A stretch of DNA of 62,508 bases, the filler included, from Dugesia japonica (Eukaryota), in NCBI GenBank assembly GCA_001938525.1. It is 5 parts of 5 records of this genome, joined end to end, with 100 filler letters (N's around TTAATTAATTAA, not from the genome) between each part and the next. Parts side by side here need not be neighbours in the genome. Positions count along the whole stretch, not along the records: positions 19,991 to 31,035 come from MQRL01612580.1; positions 31,136 to 42,855 come from MQRL01626959.1; 3 more parts are not named here. One strand, 5' to 3'. Every line of letters begins with the position of its first letter. Position 1 is the stretch's first letter. A program made the translations under genes and the position numbers. Of this stretch, positions 25,301 to 39,289 are shown in pieces. The notes beneath the pieces were generated by a model. The model was not told the origin of the DNA, made no database searches, and was given only the letters and a program-made list of their open reading frames with translations.

Positions 25301-27599
25301 TAACAAAAAAACGTTGCTTTTAAGCGTTGTTTCTCAAGACAAATATAACAATAATACTGAAGCAGATATAAAAATTTAAGATAATATGATAGCTTTTAAT
25401 AATATTGTTAGTCTAAAAAGCAATTTAACGTTCTGTATTAAGACTTAAGGCTTTTGATGGTTTATTGAACACATGTTTATCGTACTCGCTGATTAATAAA
25501 AATTCTGCAACTATGTAGAAGCATAACTAAAATCTTGAAGTATTTATAACACCTCATAGCCATGCTTCTCTTTTTCCAGTTCAGTGCGACTTTGCGGTAT
25601 TGCGTCTTACACTCTTTAGATATTTTTCTTTGTGTTGACCCCTAAATTTTTCTAATAAATTTGATATCTGAATCGAGAAATTATGTAGTTTTTATAAATG
25701 AATCACAAATAAAATATTTAGATTTGAATGATACTTTTTTATATGTTTAGGTAAAAGTAGTTGATAAAGTCGGGAAAGACTTAGTTGACCCCTTTGATGT
25801 AATACCTAGGTACTATATATATTTCATTCTTTGTGTTGGAGTAAACCATTCGCTGATATAACTAATATAGTTAAGGGTCCCCCAAATAAGACAATTGTAA
25901 ATCCAATTAGCGAATTAAAAATTAAAGTTAAAATAAACCCCGTTTGATCGGAATTTAGTTTAATTTAAAATACTCCTGAAGAAAAAATCAAAAATTTGTG
26001 AAAAAATCAAATGTTTTTTTGAAAAGATTTTTGTTACGTCAATAAATATTTTAAAAAAAACATTTTTGATCTACGCCTTAGTTTATTTTCGTAATTTTGA
26101 AAATATTTAATTTTTTAATTCACAGATCAATGGCTAAAAATTTTAAAAAAGTGAATAATTACACAAAGTGTAAGTCGATTTCATACAAATATGTATTGGG
26201 AATTGTAAAAATTTTGTGTGTGCAATATTTCTTAAATCATGATATTCATATTTGATTTTTTTGAAAGCTGAAGAAAGAATGGTAAAAATTGGAAGAAAAA
26301 ACATAAAACATAGCCAAAGGACAAATAATCCTCAATAAATTCTAATAAGAAATAAAATTTTAATAAAACAATCATATTTAATTATTAATAATTAATTATT
26401 GAAAACATAAACCAATTAGTGAAAAAGACTAAAAAGACCATAATTATGGTCACAAACCAGAAAAAGAAGTGGGGTAAAAAAATTTTGATGCTTCAAGAAG
26501 CAGGAAATTTGATTTCCTTATTTACAAAATTTGAAAACTTTTAGAAGAAAAAGAAAAGGGTAACAAAAGATGAGCCAAAGAAAGGCCGTAAAAGATATTG
26601 AGAACAAAAACAAAACATGTGATTACTAAAAATAACTACCAATAAAAGACAAAGAAAGATGAAAAGTTAAAATTAACCACCAATAAACAATGGCCGAGAA
26701 GCAGGAAAAAATAGGGAAACAATTAGCAAAATGGGGTCGTAAAAATAATAGGTATAAATACCGCAACAATTTTCATGAAAATCATCATAAAAAATTCTTG
26801 CTTTCAAATTTAATACAATAAATGTAATCAAAAATTTATTAATTAATATTATTAACATTGTAACATATATGACATATTTGACTTTATTTTGAAAAAAGGT
26901 TTGTTATAAAAATTGAAATGCTACAAAGGTAGAGAAAAGTAAAAATTAATTGTTGACGAGGCTGTAAATTCGATATTGGCAATGACCTCCATTTCCACTA
27001 TCTCTCGAAGCAACACAAAATAAATATGTTAAACAAAGAAGAATCTCTTCGTTTTCCATGTTTCGAACAACCTGAAAATAAAATCATTTAAAAATAAATT
27101 AAAACGCATCTTTATGCAACAATTAAAACATCGTTTAGTTTAGGAATTAAATTTTAAAATTTTATGTATTTTCATTTGAAATTAAAATTTACACATTATT
27201 ATAATTAGCAGTAATTCCATTATGGAAATGTTATTAATTTTCTTGGTTTATACTTTGTTACTTAACTAATATTACCTACGGACACTTATTTATTATTTCT
27301 TACAACAATGGTCTAATAATAATAAAACTTGTTAAATATACAAACTACGAATATAAGTGTTGTTAAATGGATATTAGATCAATGCTATCCAAAGTTTTTA
27401 TAAAGAGTACTCTTTGTTTATTTATAATTACCCAAATCAAAATTTAATTATGTACATGTAAATAAGACATTAATTTTTATTGACAACATTGTTTTTATTT
27501 TATATAAGTAATACATATAAATTGAAAATCAATAGTCATTACGAGCTTTTTAGGCCGTAGCTAAAATGTTTACACTAATTCTGGCTTGATGCTACCGCA

Positions 27600-27770
27600 A
27601 GCTTAAATTATGTCATTTTTGGGATACAGTTTATTTCTTCTTTTGTTTCATAGTTCAGTTAACACAAAAAGTCGATTTCATACAAATATGTATTGGGAAT
27701 TGTAAAAATTTTGTGTGCAATATTTCTTAAATCATGATATTCATATTTGATTTTTTTGCCAAAATTGGTC
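27600..27770 (-). mobile_element. hAT transposase C-terminal dimerization fragment (partial second copy at 26170-26263)
   Basis: FWQKIKYEYHDLRNIA..TYLYE..RNKL; ~95 bp near-identical duplicate 1.5 kb upstream. Confidence 0.6.
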
Positions 27771-28429
27771 ATTGCATAGTAGATACATCATAGCATACTG
27801 GAACAGCACACATTCAGTACCTCCCCAGGATCAGTGATGTCATGAAACTTAATCCTAATGTTTTTAGTTGGGAAATTAAAAACGACATCATGTTAGGTAA
27901 TATTACGTTACTGATTTTAAATTTTCCCTGTGTATTTAGTTGGGAAAATATTTTGTACAAAAATTATGTCATTAAATTTTTTAAATTTTCAAGTTTGTAA
28001 AAATTTTTCAAGGGATTTTTTATGGGTGAAAAAAAATAATTTCACTTAATTTAAACCAACAATCATAGAAGTCCATTAATTAAAACAAAACTAATTATAA
28101 TGTACTGATTACGTACCCATAACATTATTGTTGTTCAATCATTACATAACCATGGCGTCATTACGTATTCACAACAGACATAAAAATTTAACCGATGAAA
28201 TTGTAGTATTACAGCCCCAATTAAGTCATCCCACATCTAAATTTTCGACTAATCAAATCGCTAGAAACATGTGTATTTTTTACCCCGAAGAGGATTGTGA
28301 AGCAATGCGGCTTTATCTACCTACTCTGGACTTCTATCGATTATTTCGAATGGGCCTTCACATGGGGACTGTAAACTTTTTGGGTTTTTAATTCTCAATC
28401 ACACTTGTTTGCAGAGGTATAATTCATAA

Positions 28430-29400
28430 AGAAAGAAAGTCTTGCATATCTACATCATCGGCAGGTGTTGATTATCATTGATTTTGATTTTATTTTCTAC
28501 TTATTCTTGCGATAGCTAGTCGAATTGAATGATAATTTTTAAGTTCCCTAGAATCCGAATCGTTGAACAAAACACTATCTTTCATTGCTTTCATGTACGT
28601 TAATGCTTTGTGATCTGTGCGCAAAACGAACTGGTTGCCTTCTGATAAATGAGGAAATGCTTGGTTGCTAGATAAATTGCTAAAAGCTCGCGATCAAACA
28701 TGGCATATTTCTTTTCTGTCTTGCTCATTTTTTTTGAAAAGAATGAAATTGGCTGTAACTTACATTTACTTTCATGATTAAGGTTGACACCCACTCTAGT
28801 GTTGGATGCATAGGTACGTAAAATAAATTTACGACTGTTGATTTTGTATCGGCATTAAATAGTTTTGATGGAAAAACGCTGATGTCCGCTTCTGTGTCTG
28901 TGAGAAAAGCGAAGTTTCTACTGGACATTTCAAAAGGCACTGTGAATATTGTTGTTACTGATTTGAGTTTTGGGATCGCAGCTACCAGCATAAGTGAGAT
29001 TCTTGATCGTTTTTTGAAGAAAATTTATATGTATGTTGGTATTTTCTTGACTTTTTTCCGAATCGTCTGTGAAAATAACTGATATCAACTTTATTTATTA
29101 CCTTTTACTTTGAATTATTTTTTCTTTCAAATTTTTATACGCTATGCCACAATTGAAGCCCAGAATTTATTGAAATTCGTTTAGAGAATTTGATAGTAGG
29201 TTTGATATCAAGTGCAGGAATATTGCCCTTGACCTTATAATATTTGATAATTGAAAATTTGCTTCAATCTGCATGAACATACTGAAGGATTTGCAAAATA
29301 ATTCGGGAACTTGATTGAGATATGATTTTTTTTCTGAGATCTTATTTCTGATATCAATGCTGTGTTCCAAATTATTTTGCATAATAATTGAGAAAAAGGG
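28430..29400 (-). mobile_element. Internally deleted Ty3/Gypsy: gag, protease, RNase H
   Basis: FMQIEANFQL gag motif; FLTDTEADISVFP protease; PISFFSKKMSKTEKKYAMFDRELLAIY RNase H. Confidence 0.85.
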
Positions 29401-29459
29401 GATTAGCTTGTATTTAAAAATTGTATTTTTATCCCAAATAACTAATTAAAACAAATTAT

Positions 29460-29825
29460 TTAGTGACGCAACAGATACAAAGATGACGAAAGATATAATG
29501 AACCTTATAAGGTGACAAAAAGAATACTTGAACGAAGTTATGAAATTACAGATATGAAAGATAAAATATTAATAAGAAATGTAGAATGGCTCCGAAGTTT
29601 TAAAAAAGGGCTATTGGGGATATAATTTATTAAATAATTAAAATAATTTAAGTAATATATCTCATCAACAGATAATTGTTGTTATTTAATAATCGAAAAT
29701 TCATATTATTATCATAATTTAACCCATTGTATATCAAATCATGGGTTAAATAATGAATATTATTTTGGATTATTATTATTATTATTATTAAAACACTAAT
29801 CTAGTATTATTTAAAAATATAACAT
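29460..29825 (+). mobile_element. Gypsy integrase 3' end, polypurine tract and probable LTR
   Basis: EPYKVTKRILERSYEI..RNVEWL.SFKKG then AAAAAAGGG. Confidence 0.55.
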
Positions 29826-30049
29826 AAATTTAAAAAAATTACTTGAAAAATGCTAAAATTCTCTAAAACCGAATTCATTGTTTCTTTATCCTTAAACTGT
29901 TTCAATCGAATTAATAATTTTTTAAGATAATCACATATGGGATAATTTTCAACAGAGAAAATCATTTCGTCATTAACAATTGAATGATCAATAATCTAAA
30001 AACGAATTGTTTGAATTTTTTCATTATACTAATACTTATACTTAACATA

Positions 30050-30200
30050 CAGTCAACACATAATTATCCGATTATTTGATATCCGACAAAAATTTTATTT
30101 TTAATGGTTTTTCACTTCTAGGCTATTTTATTATTACGCATTTTAATATTTTAACGAAACAATATGTAGAGACAAAAGTCGAATAATCAATGTTTGACTG
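30050..30200. mobile_element. Tigger/pogo-type MITE
   Basis: TA|CAGTCAA..ATTATCCGA and TCGAATAATCAATGTTTGACTG|TA. Confidence 0.8.
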
Positions 30201-30339
30201 TAGCTTTATATCTAGAAATAATATAAAATATGAAAATAATATTTTTAATGAAATATTTGTAATATTTACAAATTACCAGAGTTCATTATTGGTATTGCAT
30301 TGGTATGACAATAATGTCGTTTTTAACCTTTATATTAAA

Positions 30340-31035
30340 CTCAAACAAGTCATATCCAAATAATATTTATTAACTGCAATACACTCATTGCAATCAACAC
30401 ATGCTTGCCAACAGGAAATTAATTGATTTATCCCGGTAGTATAAAACCCATGTGTCCTCCATTCAATAAATTGTAGGCATTTTCAGCAGCACATTTGTTT
30501 AAAATTTTACCTTACAAGAAGAACCCAAAATAATTATAAAAAATGATAATCGGTGAGCGAGAGGTCAGGCGAGTATGATGGATTCTGCAAAATTTCGTAC
30601 TCCAACGCATGCAACTTTCTTATTTGGTAATGAAAAACCGGACATTGTCGTGAAGAATAATAGGACAAATGCCAGACGAAGTCTTTGCATTGTTTAGTGA
30701 ATTTTATCGATTTCCTGCCAATACTTATTTTTTGTATTTATTTCTTTAGGAGTCAGAAAGTCATAATGAATAATGCTTCCAAAATACTAGCAAACGGTGA
30801 GCATAATCTTCTTATCGTAAAGTTGGGGTTTTGGAAAGCATTTCTGAGCTTAATGGCGGTTCAACTGTGGTGAACGCTTGTGATTGTCATACAAAATCCA
30901 ATTTTCATCAAACGTCCCAATGCAAGTTATAAATGATGTTCCGCAAAAGAAGGGACAGGCACTGTTCAAAATGCTGATTCTTTGTTTCTGATTTAAATCA
31001 CGCGGTACCCATTTTTCAAGTATCTTCACCTTGTC
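30340..31035 (-). mobile_element. Mariner transposase remnant
   Basis: DE.WILYDN, LHDNV, YSPDLS..DYHF, FYTTGINQLISCWQACVD. Confidence 0.85.
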
Positions 31036-33189
31036 NNNNNNNNNNNNNNNNNNNNNNNNNNNNNNNNNNNNNNNNNNNNTTAATTAATTAANNNNNNNNN
31101 NNNNNNNNNNNNNNNNNNNNNNNNNNNNNNNNNNNTTTTACCCGTTTAATAGAATCATAACTATCATTATTTACATCGGACAAGATTAAAAGAAAATTGT
31201 TAGTATTCTCAGTTGACTTTTCATATAGGAATTTTTCAAAAATATTTTTAAGAGTCAAAAAGTTCGAATTAATGGAAATGTATATTTGTGTTTATTAAAT
31301 TTTTTGAAAGATTCGATACATCAAAATGTTAAAATTATAAATTCGAGTTACCGAAAAAATTTCGAATTAGATAGTGTTGGCAATCCAACAACAAGCAGCA
31401 ACATCAGCTAATTGTTCCGAGAAATATAGGAAGTCATGATAATGATATTTATTTCTATTGATAATTTATACTTAAAAATCATAACAATCGGCTAATCCAA
31501 GAATGGTAATAAAACTTAGCACGCCAAAAAATTGTTAACACTATTAAAAATAAATAATAAATAAATAAAATAATTGAGAGAATATTCTTTTTACTTTTTT
31601 TTTTAATTATTTACTAATTAGTTTGTGTTTTAATTTATTTAAAAACAATTAATAATCACTAGATTAAAATGATACCAATCAAATATGCAGAGAGTTTTGT
31701 AAATACTTGGGCCNNNNNNNNNNNNNNNNNNNNNNNNNNNNNNNNNNNNNNNNNNNNNNNNNNCAACAACAAGCAGCAACATCAGCTAATTGTTCCGAGA
31801 AATATAGGAAGTCATGATAATGATATTTATTTCTATTTATAATTTATACTTAAAAATCATAACAATCGGCTAATCCAAGAATGGTAATAAAACTTAGCAC
31901 GCCAAAAAATTAATAAATAAAATAATTGAGAGAATATTCTTTTTACTTTTTTTTTTTAATTATTTACTAATTAGTTTGTGTTTTAATTTATATAAAAACA
32001 ATTAATAATCACTAGATTAAAATGATACCAATCAAATATGCAGAGAGTTTTGTAAATACTTGGGCCGTTGATTACGACTCAGTTTAACATGGAGAGCCGT
32101 TGTATTCGGTTATCTGAAATTATTGCATTTCGAGCGTCATCTATTAAGGAACATTTTGAAATTTGCTATAACGAAAATGCCGATTAATATGCTCGAAGAA
32201 AGAACAAAAGAAATTGTATTTGCACGGAATCCACGAATTACCTGAAATATGGAAGAAATGTGCTGCTAACGACGGAAGCTTCTTTGAATTAAGTACTTTT
32301 GATGTTTCTCTAGAATTTATCTTATTTTCATTGATATCAAATCCGTATGATTAACTGATAAACCTAGTATTTATTACACAATTATATATGCACTTTGTAT
32401 AAAAAATGAAGTTTTGGCACTGGGTCAAAATTGCATTAATATTTTTAAAAAATTTTGGAACGTTGATAAAATCATATTTGCCATCCCCAGGGTAATCTAT
32501 TCGTTTATTGTTTCTATTTATTAATAATAACTTCTCTTATTGAATTGTACTTTTCTGTAATTTATATTTCTATAAAATTTATATTCTATAAAAATGTTAA
32601 TAACAATTTTATTACTCTGAAAATTTTATTATAATTTAATTAATTATAATTTATTTATATTTTAATTAATTTTGTAATAAATTTAATTTAATTTTTATGC
32701 GCAGCATTATTGAAAATTTTATATTTACATAGTAAACGATAATAGAATTATTCACGTATGACAAATGTTNNGAGAAAAATATAATAAAATTTTTTATGTT
32801 TTAAAATTATATTTTGTATTATGCATCAGCAAATATGTATAAATACTGCTATGTATCATACATTTGTTTTATTGCGTTGCGGTATTATAGACAATTTATC
32901 ATGGTTTGCGGACCCTTTTAATATTTGGAATTTAAATTTACNNNNNNNNNNNNNNNNNNNNNNNNNNNNNNNNNNNNNNNNNNNNNNNNNNNNNNNNNNN
33001 NNNNNNNNNNNNNNNNNNNNNNNNNNNNNNNNNNNNNNNNNNNNNNNNNNNNNNNNNNNNNNNNNNNNNNNNNNNNNNNNNNNNNNNNNNNNNNNNNNNN
33101 NNNNNNNNNNNNNNNNNNNNNNNNNNNNNNNNNNNNNNNNNNNNNNNNNNNNNNNNNNNNNNNNNNNNNNNNAATGAATGACTGCTTAA

Positions 33190-33645
33190 CCTTTGTGAAT
33201 AGTTAAGCGAGATATCTCGTGTTAGCCAATTTAGGAATGTACTGCAAAGTCATTGGCAAAATATCTTTGGAAAGTAATCTATCACGATCCCCTATATAAC
33301 CATTGAATACAGATTCAGAACCAATAATATCAATAAAATTTTTGAAAAGTAAAATGTCTTATTAAATGAGAACTATTGTACACATTATTTACCAATTCTA
33401 TCAATATTTATNNATAAAAAGTATCTAGGTTTATAAGTAGAAAATTGTGGAATTCTTTGAAATATCTCTAGAAATTATACCTAAAAACTTTTTTTCATTA
33501 TAGATATGATGAAGGCTGAAGTCTGTGTTGAAAGTGCTAGAAGACTTCACTTTCCTTTTACTTGAGATATTCCTTAATTTGTGTTCGGATAGTTCTACTG
33601 CTATCTTTACACATAACATAAATGTCTCGTGCTGCTTCCATAGCT
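33190..33645 (-). CDS. Probable exons of an unidentified host gene
   Basis: Open segments LWKQHETFML..EKKFL and DILLFKNFIDIIGSESVF..LTIHK bounded by AG/GT; no family recognised. Confidence 0.3.
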
Positions 33646-35315
33646 ATTTGACCATGACAAAAGAAAAAGTAAAGTAAATGTGAAAAATGAACTTTATTAC
33701 TGCTTGGAATTTCCATTTGTATATTTGAAAATAAGGTACAATCAAGTTATTGAGAAAAATAATGATAACATGTTTGTTAATGAGAATGAGCCATTTAAAA
33801 TATCTACATACCCTTTGCAAAACAAAACACAAAACAGCAATATAGAAACCGAATTATAAAATGAGGGAACTTATTTATCAACCTTATAAATAAAACATAT
33901 AAAACAAGGAGGTTGAGCGCACTAAACCATTCCACCAAAATAAGTCGAAAAAACTATATTGAAATACTACCCAGACGATATTAACATTGGAAAATCACTC
34001 GAGCATTATTAAAATTAGAATACTCTCTAGGTGGTTTTCGAATATTAAAATCCTACCGGGTGGTGCTGCATCTGAAGAAATTTGATTTAAGTGACTGATT
34101 GGATTAAGATTACTTATGAAGAAAATTAAAAAATATTAAATAACAAATAAATTCATTATCTGTATATTGACTTGATCGAATTTATTCATTACGGGATAAA
34201 ATAATATTATAGTGCCCCTTGTAAACTTATGTTTTATATATGCAAATTCTTTTAATGTCATTGTTAGTTAATTCTATCTTTGATCCTTCAAAACTAAATA
34301 ATTGGTATTTCTTCATACCTATACTAAACTTGTTNACTGATACCAATTGANTTTTGTTATAACAATCTAGATACGACTGATGTATTAAATCGGTATCTTT
34401 TCATACATCATAACTGCACAAGATTGATATCATAATTTCGAGCTCAATCATAAGGTCAGTTGTTGTCAACCATCCATATTTGATAAAAAATGTCTTTAGG
34501 TGCTTTCAAAGAAGAATGACCACGAAATATCCCGAAAATTGGCCAAGAAAATGGACTGCACTCATACAACAAACATTTAACATTTCCATCTGATGGGTTT
34601 GGAGCAGAAGTGTAGAGCTTAGGTGCCTCACAAACTCAGCGAATAAAACAGAGAAATCGTTTTCAATTGTTACTAGGAACGATTTTTATTACAGAATTAT
34701 GAGAAAAGATGAAAACTAGTTCCTCCTTGTCAATATGAGACAATGGAAGAAGTCAGTAACTAAAAGAATCGTATCTTTGCATAGAGTGAAAAAAGCCAAT
34801 GATATGTCCGGTGCAGTGGTAAAACGTTGAAAAATATAGGACAATTAAAAAGGAACACACATCAAGCGTCATTGAAATAGCCACCCAAGCAAACGAATAA
34901 AAGGTTCTTCAGCATTCGTCGTAATCTCTTGATCTGATGCAATCTGATTTCTAATTTTTCCAGTCGTTGTTTAACCAAATAATATCAGAGACCTTCAAGA
35001 ACGACAATGACGTAGCAAGGTGATTTCAGTTGAAATGGCATCAACTTATTGGTCGAGAGGTGGGAGCAGGTCTTAAAAAATGATGGTAACAGGGAAACTT
35101 ATTTAACATCTTAATAATTTCAGTATAAATTTAAAAATTTAATTTTGAATTTTATTAATTTGTTTTTTTAAAAACCGATTATAAAAATAAACGTAAATTA
35201 AAATTCAAAAAAAAATTGAAATTGATTTCACGAAAAGTTTATTTTAGCATTCTTATACATTTTACATAATTAAGAATTGGAATTTTTATTAAATTTAATA
35301 ATTTATAATTTACAG

Positions 35316-36271
35316 CAATTGTTCCCAACCTAAGTTTTGTGGACCCTAGGCGTTCCGCGTCCTAAATTTGAGGTTCCGTGTAAAAATTTTAGCCTTTTAA
35401 TTTTTTGCACATTTCAGTTATGAAATTAAGGATTTCGAATACTAAGTTTAGATAGTATAAAATTTATACTAATCTAAGAGCCATAGCTCTCACAATATCA
35501 TCAGTTACAGTTTCATATAAAACCCCTCCAACAGCTTGGAATCAATCTCTTGTGTTTTAGAACACGCTCTTAATTTCTTTTTGTTGTTGCTTTGCTTGGT
35601 AATCATTTTCTCATTTTTCAAAATCTTGTTAATTACTGCAAGAGGCATTTTAAACTTGCTGCTCAATTTTCTTTGTGTACACATAGGATGACATGCAAAA
35701 AACTTAATTACCTCTAGCTTTCCTTCAACAGAATATGCTCTTCTTTTAATTTCTGACCTCTTATTCATTAGAAAATTTAGAATTAATAATTAATAATTAA
35801 AATATAATAAAATTGTATTATTAAAACAAAGTATGTTTCTTATAAAATTCTAATTTCTATTAAAATGTATTCATTTTTACATTAAATCGTGTTCACTGTT
35901 CGTAACAAGCAATGTTGCTTATAAATTACAAATTTCTTCAGTATGGAATATATATTTTTTAAAATTTAATTATAATAATTTTTCTTAAAAGATTTGTCTC
36001 TTATATACAATCTTTCTTACAGACAGGTTTGACTGTACTTAGTAGAATCTTATTTTTATTGGTGGAGTTTTTTTCTTTTCACATTTTACATTTTCTATAC
36101 AAAAAAATAAAAAATTAGCCTACGAAACTCCCTTATTTTTCATAATTAACACATGAAAACCTTTGTTACAAATCCAGACTGATTGAACCGCAACAATCTA
36201 GAAATTTATGATTATTGACAGATAACAATACCTGAAGGGTTCCGCGAATACCAAAATGTTGGGAATCACTG
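35316..36271. mobile_element. Non-autonomous hAT (Buster-type) element with 8-bp TSD
   Basis: CAATTGTTCCCAAC..GTTGGGAATCACTG flanked by ATTTACAG at 35308-35315 and 36272-36279. Confidence 0.9.
35480..36035 (-). mobile_element. Tigger/pogo 5' fragment (psq/CENP-B HTH) nested in the hAT element
   Basis: KRRAYSVEGKLEVIK..QRKLSSKFKMP...INKILK; TA|CAGTCAAAC end. Confidence 0.85.
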
Positions 36272-38087
36272 ATTTACAGGTATATTTAAAATAATAATTA
36301 TTTTTTTAAATTATTAAATTTCTGATATAAAATTATTTACTAATTTTCTTTAAAATATATTGTTATTATATTTTTAAATTTAATAAATAAAATATTTTAA
36401 TAAACTAATTTTTCTATTTCAGTCTCATTTATACATTTTTTAGGTTGGTTTGAAAAGACAAATTTTTATGTTGTTTTTTCGTGTTGTCTTATATTGGAAT
36501 AAATTTTGAAATGAAATGTGTTGATTTTGTAAATGCATCAACGAGTACTCCAAAATCATCTAACATCGATCTTATTACTGTTGAATTTTCTACAAATGTT
36601 ACGTTATTAAGCCAAAAAATTGCGGAATTTCTTTTGTCAAAGATCACCGAAGCACGGAATCCATAAATAACTTGATCATTTTCAATTTTAGAATTAATAT
36701 TCTCAAATTTCCGGTGGTATTCATTTTAATTACAAAATTTTTCATTTAGATTTAATTGAAATTACACCTTGAGCTTCAATAACTGTCACTTAAAAACGAA
36801 AAAATGTTGTGATAAAAGACACAACCATATTTCTTTGAATTTTTTCGATAATTTACTATTAGATTTTTTTTTGCAATTTTTTTTTACAGATCTAAAATTT
36901 AAAATCCATTTCAAGAAATTAATAAAATTAAATTGTTGTAAGTAAATTAATTAAATTTATTTATACTAAATATGTATTTATAATTTTAAATAAAAAATAA
37001 ACATTCTGTGATTTGTTCTTAATTTTGATTACTGTTTTAGAATTCTAATTATTTCTAATTTAAATGAGAATATAGAAAATGGATTCCATGCCAATTATCG
37101 GTGATTCATTGACAAGAATATTCTATTAATGTCATAAATTTCAATTTGAATTAATTTTCCACTTAGAAAATATTATTTTAACAAGGAAAATAATAATGAA
37201 AATTTAATAAGCATTATTCTAATTAGATTTAAATTATTTAAACAAAAATTGGCATTTCCACCGAATTTCTGTGAAAGAATCCATATAAATCATTACATAA
37301 ATTTAATTTATAACAAAATTCATTAATTTCGTTTGATTAAACCAAACAAAGTAGTTATTTTCTCGACAAAACACATTATTCAACTTTAATAAGTAGGTAG
37401 ATAGTAGCGCACGGCACCACATACTTCTTGTTCAACCCCTCTCACCATTATCTTTAAATTTTTTTGGAGCTTCAATTTGATTGGCCGCACACATGTTTCC
37501 TGCAATTTTATTGGTCGAAAATTTCAGGCGTGTGATTACTTAATTGGTGCCATTATTACTAAAATTTGATTGGTCCAAATTATGTGTGGTANNNNNNNNN
37601 NNNNNNNNNNNNNNNNNNNNNNNNNNNNNNNNNNNNNNNNNNNNNNNNNNNNNNNNNNNNNNNNNNNNNNNNNNNNNNNNNNNNNNNNNNNNNNNNNNNN
37701 NNNNNNNNNNNNNNNNNNNNNNNNNNNNNNNNNNNNNNNNNNNNNNNNNNNNNNNNNNNNNNNNNNNNNNNNNNNNNNNNNNNNNNNNNNNNNNNNNNNN
37801 NNNTAAGGAATTCAAAGTCAACTGTTATTAAATAAATCTTTAAATAAAATCATTACAGAAAATCATTACTTATTTTCATTAAAGAAAAGCATTACTAAAG
37901 TTCATTAAGTTAAATCATTTAAGAAAGACATTACCATTTAAATAAAATTATCTTTGCTTATTTTCATAATTTATCAAATTTTATAATAACATTGATAACA
38001 ATAAATTTCCATATTATATATATCACAAATCATAATAGGTTTTCCTAAATAATCTTAAATAACATTAATAATATATCAAATTAAATA

Positions 38088-38950
38088 ATATCAGTGGAAA
38101 ATATCAGTAGATAGTGAGGTAATACCAGTGAATAGTGGGAGAATACAATTGGTAGTGGTATAAGATCGGTAGATAGTGAGAGAATTCCAGTGAGAGAATA
38201 TCATTGGTAGTAGGATAATACCAATAGATAGTGAGAGAAGACTAGTGAGTATTGAAAGAATACCAGTGGATAGTGAGAATACCAATGCGGTGTGGAAAAA
38301 AGTCAGTAAGTGATTTTGAAAAGTGAAAGAAAATTAGTAACTGTAAGAGAAGACCATTACAAAGTGCAAAAATATCAGTGGATAGTGGGAGAAGACTAGT
38401 GAATAGTGAGTAAATATCAGTGGAGAGTGGAGATTACCGGTGAATAGTAGCAGAAGACCTGTAGTGACTGTGAGTAGACCAGTGGAGAGGTAAAGAATAT
38501 CAGGAGGAGAGAGTAAGAGAATACTAGTGGATAGTGGGTAAAACTAATGGATAGAAAGAGAATACCAGTGTGGAGTAGAAAAAGAAAGTGATTGATTGAG
38601 AAGAGTGAAAAGTGAGAGAAAATCAGTAACCATGAGAGAAGACCAGTGCACAGCGAAAATACCAGTAAAAAGTGAGAGCAAATTAATGAACAGTGTAGAA
38701 AACCAGAAAGACAAGGTTATAGAAGAGTAAACACTGTTAGAAAGTCAGTAATCAAGAGACAAGACCAGTGAAGAGCGAGAGAAGAAAGCCAGTGAATGTA
38801 ACAGAAGACCAGTGTAGAGTGAGAGTAATGAAGTAGGTGTGAGAGAAAACCTGTGAAAAGTAGTCAAAAAATAGTAAGAATGAGAAAAGACCGATAAAAA
38901 GCAGGTAAGAAAGTTAGGCGACCTGTGAAGAGCGAGGGAAAAAACAGTAA
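38088..38950 (+). repeat. Purine-rich degenerate minisatellite, unit ~20-22 bp
   Basis: Recurring CCAGTGGATAGTGAGAGAA variants. Confidence 0.85.
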
Positions 38951-39289
38951 ATGATTATATGATCAAAATATTAGCCAGTGGATGTTAACATTCATATAAT
39001 CCGCGAGATATTAACATTGTCATTGATATTATCATTAATATTCTCAGATGGATGTTAACGTCAATATTAATTTGTCTGGGAGATATTAACATTAGCATTA
39101 ATATTAATATTGTACATGAGAACATCTAATATCATAGAGAAAGTAAGTCTTTGTGTATATAATGTTGAGAATTTTCACTAGTTTTATAAGTGTTTTATGG
39201 TTAGAAATGTCTGCGTTTTTTAGAATTATACATAATCGTTAGGGTTAATCTAAACTTTACATTTAATCATATAAGTTTCAAAGCCATTA

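Noticed and set aside
32821-33206. ORFs spanning N runs (also 37540-37835)
   Set aside because: Open only because of undetermined bases
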